The notes under the pieces: generated by a model
Seen by the model: the letters and a program-made list of their open reading frames with translations, nothing else
What the model was told of the DNA's origin: nothing
The model's database searches: none
Shown: positions 9,317 to 17,753 of the stretch, one piece after another
Position numbering within the stretch: position 1 is the stretch's first letter
Layout of the letters: every line of letters begins with the position of its first letter
Position numbers and translations under genes: made by a program
NCBI GenBank assembly: GCA_000092065.1
Contig: CP000594.1
Length of the DNA stretch: 64,000 nt
Strand: one strand, 5' to 3'
From: Ostreococcus lucimarinus
Taxonomy: Eukaryota

Positions 9317-11038
9317 TCATCTAATTCTACTGTTCAACACCATTCGTATGTCGTCGCGAAGGCTCAAGATTTTTCGCGCGTGCTCAGCGCTCGCGTCTTC
9401 GATTTCAAACCTGATTTGCCGCGTCGCCTTTTCGAGCTCGCCGAGCGCGTGCTCGCGATCGTGCTTGATTTCCTCTTCGATCGCGAGTTTGTGCTCGTCG
9501 AGAATACCACCATCGCGCGTGATCGTCGCTGCGCGCGCAGATACTTCGCTCAGCGCGATTTGCGCCGATGACATCGCCTGACGAAGCTCATTCAACTCAA
9601 ACGATGCTTGCGACTTGTATGTCTCGAATTCGCCGCGAACGGCGAGGATTTCTTCGCGAACTTCCGCAATGGCGGCGTCGTACGTCTCTGCTTGATCCTC
9701 GAGCGCCTTTTCCAAAGCCTGCGCGTATAACTCGCCTCGTTTTCGCGCGTCCGCTTCGTTCTCGCGCAACGTTTTCATGTCCTGAAGCATGCGCTCCTCC
9801 TCTGCTCGCAGCGCTCTGAGCACGGCGTCTCGTTCGACGCGATCGCTTTCGTTCAAACCTTCTTCGTCCCGCACGACTTTTTCCACATCTTTGGCCATTG
9901 TTTCGGACACCTCACGAATTTCCGCGCTAGCGCGGAGGAGGAGCTTGACGTGCGCCGCCGTAGAAGTTTCGTAGTGCCGCGCCATGTCGTCTCTCGAGCA
10001 TCGAAAAACGCAACCAACCTCGTGAAATTCGCACAGCAACTCCACCGATGGGCACGTCAACTCCAAATGTTGCTTCATGTCCGCCGCAGATACCAGCGCG
10101 CCGCATCCCGCGGTGCACGCGCGACGAATCTTCACGCACACCTGCTTGTGACGAAGCGCGCTTCGCTCGCTCACGAGCGTTTGACAATCCGAGCACGCCA
10201 CCGTTCGCGCGTACTCGCACATCTCCTGTCTATGTCTCGCCAGCGCGTTTCGTTTCATCATCGCCGGACAGCATCGCGTGTGTTCATCCGCATCCGCCTC
10301 ATCGACGACGCCGCACAAAACTTCCTTCACCGGACAAATCTCTTCGTGCCGCGCCACCGCGTCGGCGTTCGTCATCGTCGCCCGGCACCCGTGCCTACAC
10401 GCCACCGGTTTATGCTCGCACACGTCCGCGTGATCCCTCGCGTACATCGCGCTCCCCACCCAATCACACCCCGCGTTCGCGCACCCCCTCGCGGCGTACG
10501 CGCACTCCTCCCGATGTCCCTCCAGCGCCCTCCTCGCGCACTCCGCCGCGCACGTCCCCGTCAACCGCCTTCCCGCGTCCCGCTCCGCGAGTCCGCAAAT
10601 CACAATCTTAAAATCGCACTCCTCCGCGTGTCGCGCCAGATCTGCGAACCGCACGATCGCCCCGCAGCATCGATCGCCGAATCCTCGATGATCGAGCGTC
10701 GCGCTCCCGTCCGCGCTCGCGTCGTCCCGTCGCCACGCGTACGGGCAGTGCGCGCGCAGGTTGGAGATTTCAAGCATCAGCGCCTCGTCCGCGACGTAAT
10801 CCTCCTCCGTCGCCGCGCGTCTGCACACCGCGCACGTACCGCTCTGTGCGATCGATTCGCGCGCGCACAGCGCGCACAGCGCGTGTCCGCACGGCGCGCG
10901 ACGCGGTTTTCGCAGCACGTCTTTGCACGCGGGACACATCGTCGAATCGGGCGGTCGCGACGCGAACACCACGCGCTCGCGCGACGCGGAGACGTAGACG
11001 ACGCCGTAGCCCTCGACGGCGACCGCGCGGAGCACCAT
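9317..11038 (-). CDS. RING (C3HC4) + TRAF-type zinc-finger + C-terminal coiled-coil protein; putative E3 ubiquitin ligase
   Basis: RING CPACKDVLRKPRRAPCGHALCALCARESIAQSGTCAVCRR, followed by several Cys/His-rich TRAF-type zinc-finger repeats (…CPYAWRRDD…HAEECDFKIVICG…CEHKPVACRHGC…HEEICPVKEVLCG…) and a ~200-aa heptad-rich tail. Start set to the first ATG (MVLRAVAVEGYG…). Confidence 0.8.
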   Translation of the reverse strand: MVLRAVAVEGYGVVYVSASRERVVFASRPPDSTMCPACKDVLRKPRRAPCGHALCALCARESIAQSGTCAVCRRAATEEDYVADEALMLEISNLRAHCPYAWRRDDASADGSATLDHRGFGDRCCGAIVRFADLARHAEECDFKIVICGLAERDAGRRLTGTCAAECARRALEGHREECAYAARGCANAGCDWVGSAMYARDHADVCEHKPVACRHGCRATMTNADAVARHEEICPVKEVLCGVVDEADADEHTRCCPAMMKRNALARHRQEMCEYARTVACSDCQTLVSERSALRHKQVCVKIRRACTAGCGALVSAADMKQHLELTCPSVELLCEFHEVGCVFRCSRDDMARHYETSTAAHVKLLLRASAEIREVSETMAKDVEKVVRDEEGLNESDRVERDAVLRALRAEEERMLQDMKTLRENEADARKRGELYAQALEKALEDQAETYDAAIAEVREEILAVRGEFETYKSQASFELNELRQAMSSAQIALSEVSARAATITRDGGILDEHKLAIEEEIKHDREHALGELEKATRQIRFEIEDASAEHARKILSLRDDIRMVLNSRIR

Positions 11039-11137
11039 CGCGGCGCGGCGCGGCGATCGCGTCGCGAGCGCGTTTCTGGCGGTTGGTCGGCGGCGGCGGC
11101 GCGTTTCGAGGCGGCGGCGCGCGGTCGGTCGATTCAA

Positions 11138-12145
11138 TCATGAACTATTGGACACGTTTCGGGCGACTTCTAAGTGCGCGTCGCGGTAACCTTCTCTGTG
11201 CGCTACCCATAACGGCAGGAACTCGCGCATGGAGATCTCGCCGCCGTTTCGATGGAACGCGAGCGCGACTTCGACGCCGAATCGCTCGTCGACGACCGGG
11301 ACGACGACTTCGTTCAGCGCCTCGGCGTAACGATCGGAGCCTGGACATTCGCAAGCGCACGCGTACTTCAAACAGTCCAAATGTCCTTTCCAGGCGGCAG
11401 ACGCGCACATCGTTTCGTTCCAATCACACCCGTTCTCGTGCGCGTACTTCAGACAGTCCAAATGTCCTTCCCAGGCGGCAGACGCGCACGTCCTCTCGTC
11501 CCAATCACACCCGCGCTCGTGCGCGTACTTCAAACACTCCAAATGTCCACCATCGGCGGCATTGTCGCACGTCCATGCGTCCCAATCACACCCTTGCTCG
11601 TGCGCGTACTTCAGACAGTCCAAATGTCCTTTCCAGGCGGCAGACGCGCACGTCCTCTCGTTCCAAGGATACCCGTGCTCGTGCGCGTACTTCAAACAGT
11701 CCAAGTGTCCATTCCAGGCGGCAGCGATGCACGTGTTCTCGTTCCAAGGACACCCGTTCTCGTGCGCGTACTTCAAACAGTCCAGATTTCCATAATAGGC
11801 GGCAATCGCGCACGTCCACTCGTCCCACGGCGCCACGTGCTCGCGCGCGAACTTCAAACATCCTGAACCCATAATGCGCGCAGCCCGCATGCACGCCCCC
11901 GCATGTACTGTTCGAAAGAAACTCTCCTTGTCATCAAACTCGCCACCGTCGCCAACCCGCCAACTCTCCTTGTCATCAAACTCGCCACCGTCGCCAACCC
12001 GGTACCAATCGACGCCGTCGCGTCTCAAATCTTGTAAAAACGACGCCACCGCATCCCTCACGTCGTCCGGGACGCGCACGAGTTCACGGATGAGTGCGTC
12101 GTAGACTTCATTCTGCCTCCGCGGCTCTTCCTCGTCGAACTCCAT
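11138..12145 (-). CDS. Ankyrin-like tandem-repeat protein: ~6.5 copies of a 27-residue unit GHLDCLKYAHENGCPW(D/N)ExTCxxAAWx
   Basis: Track ORF 11138..12319 (codon 1 is GTG); start moved to ATG M59 (MEFDEEEPRRQNEVYDALIRELV…). Repeats GNLDCLKYAHENGCPWNENTCIAAAWN / GHLDCLKYAHEHGYPWNERTCASAAWK / GHLDCLKYAHEQGCDWDAWTCDNAADG / GHLECLKYAHERGCDWDERTCASAAWE / GHLDCLKYAHENGCDWNETMCASAAWK. This matches the short ankyrin-like 'LKxAHENGCPWDE' family common in marine protists and nucleocytoplasmic large DNA viruses (my recollection). Confidence 0.75.
   Translation of the reverse strand: MEFDEEEPRRQNEVYDALIRELVRVPDDVRDAVASFLQDLRRDGVDWYRVGDGGEFDDKESWRVGDGGEFDDKESFFRTVHAGACMRAARIMGSGCLKFAREHVAPWDEWTCAIAAYYGNLDCLKYAHENGCPWNENTCIAAAWNGHLDCLKYAHEHGYPWNERTCASAAWKGHLDCLKYAHEQGCDWDAWTCDNAADGGHLECLKYAHERGCDWDERTCASAAWEGHLDCLKYAHENGCDWNETMCASAAWKGHLDCLKYACACECPGSDRYAEALNEVVVPVVDERFGVEVALAFHRNGGEISMREFLPLWVAHREGYRDAHLEVARNVSNSS
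11342..11899. repeat. 81-bp tandem repeat array (~6.5 units) encoding the 27-aa ankyrin-like repeats
   Basis: gtacttca(a/g)aca(g/c)tccaaatgtcc… recurs with an 81-nt period on the plus strand; copies share ~85-95% identity. Confidence 0.8.
11921..12007. repeat. Direct ~42-bp duplication inside the ankyrin-like gene (encodes W(Y)RVGDGGEFDDKES twice)
   Basis: ctctccttgtcatcaaactcgccaccgtcgccaacccg occurs twice in tandem. Confidence 0.7.
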
Positions 12146-12170
12146 CCCGCGCGTCGCGCCGTGGCGCGCG

Positions 12171-12210
12171 TCGTCTCGTCTCGTCTCGTCTCGTCTCGTC
12201 TCGTCTCGTC
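12171..12210. repeat. (CGTCT)8 pentanucleotide microsatellite, in-frame in the 5' region of the ankyrin-like ORF (encodes RRDETRRDETRRD)
   Basis: cgtctcgtctcgtct… ×8 read directly. A 5-nt unit cycles through all three frames every 15 nt, giving the RRDET peptide repeat. Confidence 0.8.
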
Positions 12211-12522
12211 TCGGAGGACCCGAACCGCCGCGAGTGACGGGAGGGTCAGCCAAAGTGACGCACTGTCGGAGCGTCGACCTCGCAAAAAACGGACCATCGA
12301 TAGGTAAAAATGCCGACACGAGCTCACAGTTAAACTAAAACCCTAAAAATATGATGCCGTATGCGATGAACACGCGTCCGCCACAGTGGGCTTCGACGAC
12401 GTGAAGTGGAGGAATGAGCGCCGCACTCGGGCGCCCCGCGCGCGGCGCCGCTGTGGCGAAAGTTACGGTTTTTTCGTCGTCAACAACCGTCGACTCGACG
12501 ACGCCGAGCGCGCGAGGCGCGA

Positions 12523-13641
12523 TCACCAGCGACGGGAATCTCGAGACTTGCCGACGCGGTCGGCGTCTCGCGACGCGACGTACGCCTGGTCGCGGCGATC
12601 CCAGCCGCCGCGAAAACCGCGCTGGCGGTCGCGGTCGCGATGTTGGTCGCCGCCGCCGGTTTTGTGTTCCTCGTACGGGACGTTCGGGAACGTCATCGAT
12701 GACTCCGGCGCGTGCGCTGACTTCGTGCTCGTCGACCACGTTTCGAAGACGCGATCGCGAGAGAAGACGAGCTGACGGTCGTCGCCGCGCTGCGTTTGTA
12801 AAGCCATGAGCTTGCGCACGTCGACGCCTCGCTTTTCCATCAGCGCCGTCTTCAAGGATTGATCGCGACTGATGATGAACGCGGCGTGCATGTCCTTGAG
12901 TTCGTCTGCGAACCAATCCGCGACGTCGTCTTCGCACATGTACATCTTGTACACGTAGCTCGCCAGCGCGAAATCCACGGCGCCGCCGCACGTCTCGGCG
13001 ACTTTACCGCTTCGCATGTCCCACTGAAAAAAACGCAACCCCAACGCCTCGGCGCTCGCGCGCCAGCTCTCTTCCAGATCTAAAGACACTAAATCTAACG
13101 TCACGCTCGGGAAATGCGCCTTGAAAAACTCTCGCACGGCGACCAACTCGAATCCCGGTCCGCCGCCGAGCGACGCCACTCGCCGCGTCTCCCCGTCTCC
13201 GCCCTTACCCACGTCCTCGAACACCCCTCGCGCGCGCGCGCGCTCGAGGCACGCCCACGTTTCCGTGAATCTCTGCACCGACTTGAATCGACAGTATTCG
13301 CGCTGTAATCCGAGATGCGCGTACTCCGTCTGCGACCACGTGACGTCCCGCTCGCGTATGCTCGGCTTCTTGGCGTAAATATCAACCCCCGAGCGCACGA
13401 TCGCTTCCCGCGCCGCGTCATCGGGCGCCAAGGTGGCGATCGCGGCGTCGAGCGCCGCGATGACGCGTCGAGCGTCGTCGAAGAGCTGTCCCAGCAGCGC
13501 CGCGCCCTGGGCGTTGGTGTGAAATGGCCACTTTCTGTTTCTGTCTTGGTAGTACTTGTACCCGCACGCGGCGGTCGATGTCGACGCGGGGGGGATGAGA
13601 ACGCCGTCGAAGACGTCGGTGCGTCGCTCGGGGGCGGACAT
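12523..13641 (-). CDS. Putative Rossmann-fold SAM-dependent methyltransferase (possibly FtsJ-like), function uncertain
   Basis: True ATG at 13641. The motif RRVASLGGGPGFELVAV resembles methyltransferase motif I (cf. FtsJ 'DLGAAPGGW'). It is followed by an acidic motif (…MYMCEDDVADWFADE…). The C-terminus is Arg/Asp-rich. Confidence 0.5.
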   Translation of the reverse strand: MSAPERRTDVFDGVLIPPASTSTAACGYKYYQDRNRKWPFHTNAQGAALLGQLFDDARRVIAALDAAIATLAPDDAAREAIVRSGVDIYAKKPSIRERDVTWSQTEYAHLGLQREYCRFKSVQRFTETWACLERARARGVFEDVGKGGDGETRRVASLGGGPGFELVAVREFFKAHFPSVTLDLVSLDLEESWRASAEALGLRFFQWDMRSGKVAETCGGAVDFALASYVYKMYMCEDDVADWFADELKDMHAAFIISRDQSLKTALMEKRGVDVRKLMALQTQRGDDRQLVFSRDRVFETWSTSTKSAHAPESSMTFPNVPYEEHKTGGGDQHRDRDRQRGFRGGWDRRDQAYVASRDADRVGKSRDSRRW

Positions 13642-13803
13642 GGCGCCGATCGCGACCTGGCGCGCGCGCGTGTGTGAGGGACGGAGATTTGCGTGGTGAC
13701 TGAGTGAGTACTAAATACGCTGCTAGAAGTTGATCGTACTCTTCGCTCGCGACGCGCGTGACGTCGGAGAAAAGTGTATTGTACAAGGAAAATGTTCTCC
13801 CTA

Positions 13804-15612
13804 CTAGATCTCCAAGGCTGCGGTGCCTTCGCGAATTTCCGAATCGAGCTGAGACGCTCGGCGCGCGGCGAGGGCGTTCACGGCTACGAGCCAGCAGATG
13901 GCGATGGCGCTGTGACAGCATACGAGCACGGGGAGGGCGCCGATGATGGAGCCATACGCGAATATTAAGCCTTGCTGCATGAAGGATCCACCGGTTTTAC
14001 CGATTTGAGCGCCGAGGACGTCCACCGCGGCTTTACCTTTGGTTCGACTGTCTTCGTCGAGAGTGATGTACACCATCTCTTCAGCCGGTTTGAAGAGAGA
14101 AAACTTCGCCGCACGCTCGACGATGTAAATCACCGCGCCTCCTAAGACGAGCCAAGGCAAGATGGCGGACGACTGCGCGAGCTGTCCGTGACGAAGGGCG
14201 TAGATGGACGTTCCAAAGAACACCCACCCAAGAGCGATGACGGTTTTCGGCGTCACCGAGAGCGTCCCTTTCCATCCAAGATTCTTAAACAAGAACGGCG
14301 CGGCGACCATGAAGATGCCGGTAACCATTCCGCTGTACGTTTGTACGTCGCCCATGTACGCGGCGTAAGAGGTGGGATCTGGACGGTATATGCGCAACTG
14401 CGTCTTCCAAGCGACTTGGAAGATGATGGAGCTCAAACCTTGCGCGACAGCCATGACGGCCAGACACGCGACTTCGGGGGATTCGAAGACGTACATCAAC
14501 GAAGACAACAAACCGGCTTTCTTCGTCTTCTTGTTCGCCGCCTTGTCTGCGTCAGATTGGGTTTTAGAGTCTCGCTGCTTTTCCATCATCGCCGAGTTTG
14601 GATCTTTTCTCGCTTCGTCGCAAATGTACTTGTGGCACGCCATGATGGAAGCTCCGCAGAACATGACGACGGTCATGAACAACTTTAACTTTGCCGCCCA
14701 CATGTCTTCCGGTGCCACGCCCGCGGGATGCCACTGCGTGGTGACAAACTTCATGAAGAGCCCCGAGCACGCCTGCGCGACGTTGGCGCCGATGCCGAGC
14801 AAAGGATAAATGATACCAGCCTCGCTCACGCGCGTGATTTCGTTCGCCAAACCCCAAAATAGCAGACTTAACACGACATCACCCCAAAGCTCGCCGGCGA
14901 CGTAGAAGAGCGAATACGTCCAGTTCGTGAAGACGGCGATGCCGCCCGCGAGACCTCTCGGGAGCGTCGTCGCCAGCGTCGCCGCCAACTCGTACGGGTG
15001 TAAGACGTCTCGCATCGGATACAAAACCCCCGTGAACAGCGCGAAGAAGCACATGAAGAACGTCACCGCCATGTAAAACAACTTTTCCCGTCCAAACTTC
15101 GAGCTCAACCGCGCAAACAGCGACACGAACAGCAGACTCGTGGGCAAAACCGCGTACACCGTCAGGTACGGAATCTGTTCCGCCCCCCCGAACGCCGTCA
15201 CGACGAGCGTGTCCTTCACGGCGTCCATGATCGAGTTCGCGAACGCCATAAAGTAAAACATCAACGACATCGGCACCAATCGTCCCCAGAGGCCGTCCAT
15301 GGGCTTGAGAATCTTTCGCGCGTGCTTCGCGAAAAAGTTCTCTTCTCGCGCTTCGCCGCCGTCCCCAGCCGCCGCGCTCGCGGCGACGATCGCCCCTCGC
15401 ATCACCACCCCCGCTCGTCGTCCATAACACACCTCATTCGCGCGCGCGCACGTCTCCATCGACCATCTCTCACGATCCCGCGCCGTCGCGCGTTCGACGC
15501 GCCGTTCCGCGCGTCCCGCGCGTCCCGCCCGCCGCGTCTCCCCGCGCCCCACACGCGCGTCCGCGCGCGCGCGCGCGCGCGCCGCGATCACCGGCGCGCT
15601 CACGGCCGTCAT
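13804..15612 (-). CDS. NTT: Plastidic ATP/ADP translocator (nucleotide transporter NTT, TLC family) with N-terminal transit peptide
   Basis: Multi-TM protein; LYILGELWGDVVLSLLFWGLANEITRVSEAGIIYPLLGIGANVAQACSGLFMKF matches the NTT/AATP signature (…ELWGSVVLS.LFWGFANQIT…EAKKFYPLFGLGANVAL). ~600 aa with ATG at 15612. The N-terminus MTAVSAPVIAARARARADARVG… is transit-peptide-like. Confidence 0.9.
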   Translation of the reverse strand: MTAVSAPVIAARARARADARVGRGETRRAGRAGRAERRVERATARDRERWSMETCARANEVCYGRRAGVVMRGAIVAASAAAGDGGEAREENFFAKHARKILKPMDGLWGRLVPMSLMFYFMAFANSIMDAVKDTLVVTAFGGAEQIPYLTVYAVLPTSLLFVSLFARLSSKFGREKLFYMAVTFFMCFFALFTGVLYPMRDVLHPYELAATLATTLPRGLAGGIAVFTNWTYSLFYVAGELWGDVVLSLLFWGLANEITRVSEAGIIYPLLGIGANVAQACSGLFMKFVTTQWHPAGVAPEDMWAAKLKLFMTVVMFCGASIMACHKYICDEARKDPNSAMMEKQRDSKTQSDADKAANKKTKKAGLLSSLMYVFESPEVACLAVMAVAQGLSSIIFQVAWKTQLRIYRPDPTSYAAYMGDVQTYSGMVTGIFMVAAPFLFKNLGWKGTLSVTPKTVIALGWVFFGTSIYALRHGQLAQSSAILPWLVLGGAVIYIVERAAKFSLFKPAEEMVYITLDEDSRTKGKAAVDVLGAQIGKTGGSFMQQGLIFAYGSIIGALPVLVCCHSAIAICWLVAVNALAARRASQLDSEIREGTAALEI

Positions 15613-15981
15613 CGCGCGCGCGTTTCGCGCGCACGATCGACGCGCGCGCGTCGGCGTCGACCGAACCGTCGCCGTTTATTTAAACCTCGCTTTAAACGTC
15701 GCGAAATTTAAAATGTCGTCGCGCGTCGCGCGCGTCGAGCGACGCCGGTTCGGCGGCGACGAGGGAACGCGTTCGTGCGCGTCGTCGCGAGCGCTCGCGA
15801 CGCGGCGCGGCGTCGTCGCGACGCTGTGCCGCGGCGGCGCGCGCGCGCGGTCCGTTTGTCACGAGTATAATACAGGATGGGTTTTATTAGTGCCGTAATA
15901 AATCCTCGTATAGGAGTGTGTTTAGTGTGTAGTGTGTGTGACGCCGCCGACGGGACGCGCCGCGCGTCACATCCGCGCGCC
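15613..15981. promoter_or_regulatory. Shared divergent promoter region between NTT (minus) and prolyl-tRNA synthetase (plus); contains AT-rich islands (atttaaacctcgctttaaacgtcgcgaaatttaaaatg ~15676-15713; gagtataatacagg ~15863-15876, TATA-like)
   Basis: Head-to-head ATGs are 370 bp apart. These are the only AT-rich patches in an otherwise ~70% GC interval. Promoter function is inferred, not shown. Confidence 0.35.
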
Positions 15982-17685
15982 ATGCTCGCCGCGCGCGTCA
16001 CCGCCGCGCGCGCGACGCTTCGCACGCGATCCGTCACGATGCGCGCGCACGTCCTGTGCGCCTCGCGTCGCGTCTCCGCGCGCGCCGACGTCAAAACGAG
16101 CGCGAACTCGAAGAGCCACAAGGTTCACCTTCGCGCCGGCGCGACGCCGCGCGCGACGACGACGACGCGCACCGCGCGCGCGGCGACGCGGACGCGCGCG
16201 AAAAATAAGTCCACGCAGGCGGAGGCGGAGAAATCGCGCGAGGGCGCGATCACCAAGCGGAGCGAGGATTTTTCAAAGTGGTACCTGGATTGCATCCGCG
16301 AGTGCCAACTCGTCGACTACGGACCGGCGCGAGGGACGATGGTGATCCGGCCGTACGGGTACGCGATATGGGAGGGGATTCAAAAGTATATGGATGCGAA
16401 GTTTAAGGCGACGGGGGTGCAGAACGCGTACTTTCCGCAGTTGATACCGTATTCGTTCATAACGAAGGAGGCGTCGCACGTGGAGGGTTTCGCGCCGGAG
16501 TTGGCGTTGGTGACGCGAGGGGGAGGGAAGGAGTTGGAGGAGCCGCTGGTGGTGCGACCGACGAGTGAGACGATTGTGAATAATATGCTATCGCAGTGGA
16601 TTCAGAGTTATCGGGATTTGCCGATGCTGTTGAATCAGTGGTGCAACGTGCACCGGTGGGAGATGCGCACGCGGCCGTTCATTCGCACGTTGGAGTTTCT
16701 TTGGCAAGAGGGTCACACCGCGCACGCGACGGCGGAGGAAGCGGAGGAGAGAGCTATGCAGATGATTCGTGTTTACGCCGAATTCGCCCAGACGCAGGCG
16801 GCGATGCCGGTGATTCCTGGGAGAAAGTCGCGCGTCGAATCCTTCGCCGGGGCCAACGTGACGTACACCATCGAGGCGATGATGGGAGATAAAAAGGCGC
16901 TTCAAGCGGGAACATCGCACAATTTGGGCGATAACTTCGCCAAGGCGTTCGACACTACGTTTTTAGACGACAAGGGCGAGACGCAGTACGTGCATCAGAG
17001 CTCTTGGGGGGTCTCTACGCGCTTGATTGGCGGTATTCTCATGACGCACGGCGACGATTCCGGGTTAATTTTGCCCCCGCGTTTGGCGCCGATTCAAGTC
17101 GTCGTGGTGCCAATTTGGAAGAAGGACGAAGAGAAGGAAGCGGTCATGGCATCTGTCGATAGCATCATTTCTTCTCTCTCCAACGCGGGCGTTCGAACCC
17201 ATCTTGACGCGGATCAAAGTAAGTCGCCGGGGTGGAAATTCAACCAGTACGAAATGAAGGGCGTGCCGATTCGCATTGAAGTCGGTCCGAAGGATGTCGC
17301 GAAGGGTGCGTGCGTCGTCGCTCGTCGCGATGTTCCGGGCAAGGAGGGTAAGGAGTTCGGCGTGAGTATCGAGCCAGCCGCGCTCGAGACCAAGGTCAAC
17401 GACGTGCTGAATGACATTCAAAACTCGATGTTGCAAAAGGCGACCGAGTTTCGCGACGCCAACATCGTCGACGTTAAAACTATGGACGAATTAAAGGCGA
17501 CGATTGAGGCGGGGAAGTGGGCGCGATGCGGCTGGGAAGGTACCGACGAAGAAGAAAAAGCCATCAAGGAGGAGACCGGGGCAACGATTCGGTGCTTCCC
17601 GTTCGATCAACCCGCGGGCGAGCACACGTGCTTGATGTCGGGTAAGCCGGCGAAGGAGGTGTGTATCTTTGCAAAATCGTACTAA
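15982..17685 (+). CDS. Prolyl-tRNA synthetase (class II, eukaryotic/archaeal type) with organellar presequence
   Basis: …FSKWYLDCIRECQLVDYGPARGTMVIRPYGYAIWEGIQKYMD…NAYFPQLIP…LVVRPTSETIV…NQWCNVHRWEMRTRPFIRTLEFLWQEGHTAH… (class II motifs 1-3), plus a C-terminal zinc-binding-type domain. Start set to ATG M36 (MLAARVTAARATLRTRSVTMRAHVLCASRRVSARA…). Confidence 0.9.
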   Translation: MLAARVTAARATLRTRSVTMRAHVLCASRRVSARADVKTSANSKSHKVHLRAGATPRATTTTRTARAATRTRAKNKSTQAEAEKSREGAITKRSEDFSKWYLDCIRECQLVDYGPARGTMVIRPYGYAIWEGIQKYMDAKFKATGVQNAYFPQLIPYSFITKEASHVEGFAPELALVTRGGGKELEEPLVVRPTSETIVNNMLSQWIQSYRDLPMLLNQWCNVHRWEMRTRPFIRTLEFLWQEGHTAHATAEEAEERAMQMIRVYAEFAQTQAAMPVIPGRKSRVESFAGANVTYTIEAMMGDKKALQAGTSHNLGDNFAKAFDTTFLDDKGETQYVHQSSWGVSTRLIGGILMTHGDDSGLILPPRLAPIQVVVVPIWKKDEEKEAVMASVDSIISSLSNAGVRTHLDADQSKSPGWKFNQYEMKGVPIRIEVGPKDVAKGACVVARRDVPGKEGKEFGVSIEPAALETKVNDVLNDIQNSMLQKATEFRDANIVDVKTMDELKATIEAGKWARCGWEGTDEEEKAIKEETGATIRCFPFDQPAGEHTCLMSGKPAKEVCIFAKSY

Positions 17686-17753
17686 AAGGAGCGCGCGCAG
17701 TAGAGCTTGTCATATCTATCAAGTGCATGTTTATCACATCTAGTCGTACTAGT

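Noticed and set aside
7797-9320. 507-aa minus-strand ORF
   Set aside because: Arg/Leu/His-rich junk running antisense to the 7915..8357 and 8745..9278 plus-strand genes.
11138-12319. Using the track ORF start (12319) for the ankyrin-like gene, and similarly 33088, 41577, 54865, 46720, 33775
   Set aside because: Codon 1 at these positions is GTG or TTG when read from the sequence (the track prints M for alternative starts). Nuclear eukaryotic genes initiate at ATG, so I moved the starts to the first in-frame ATG.
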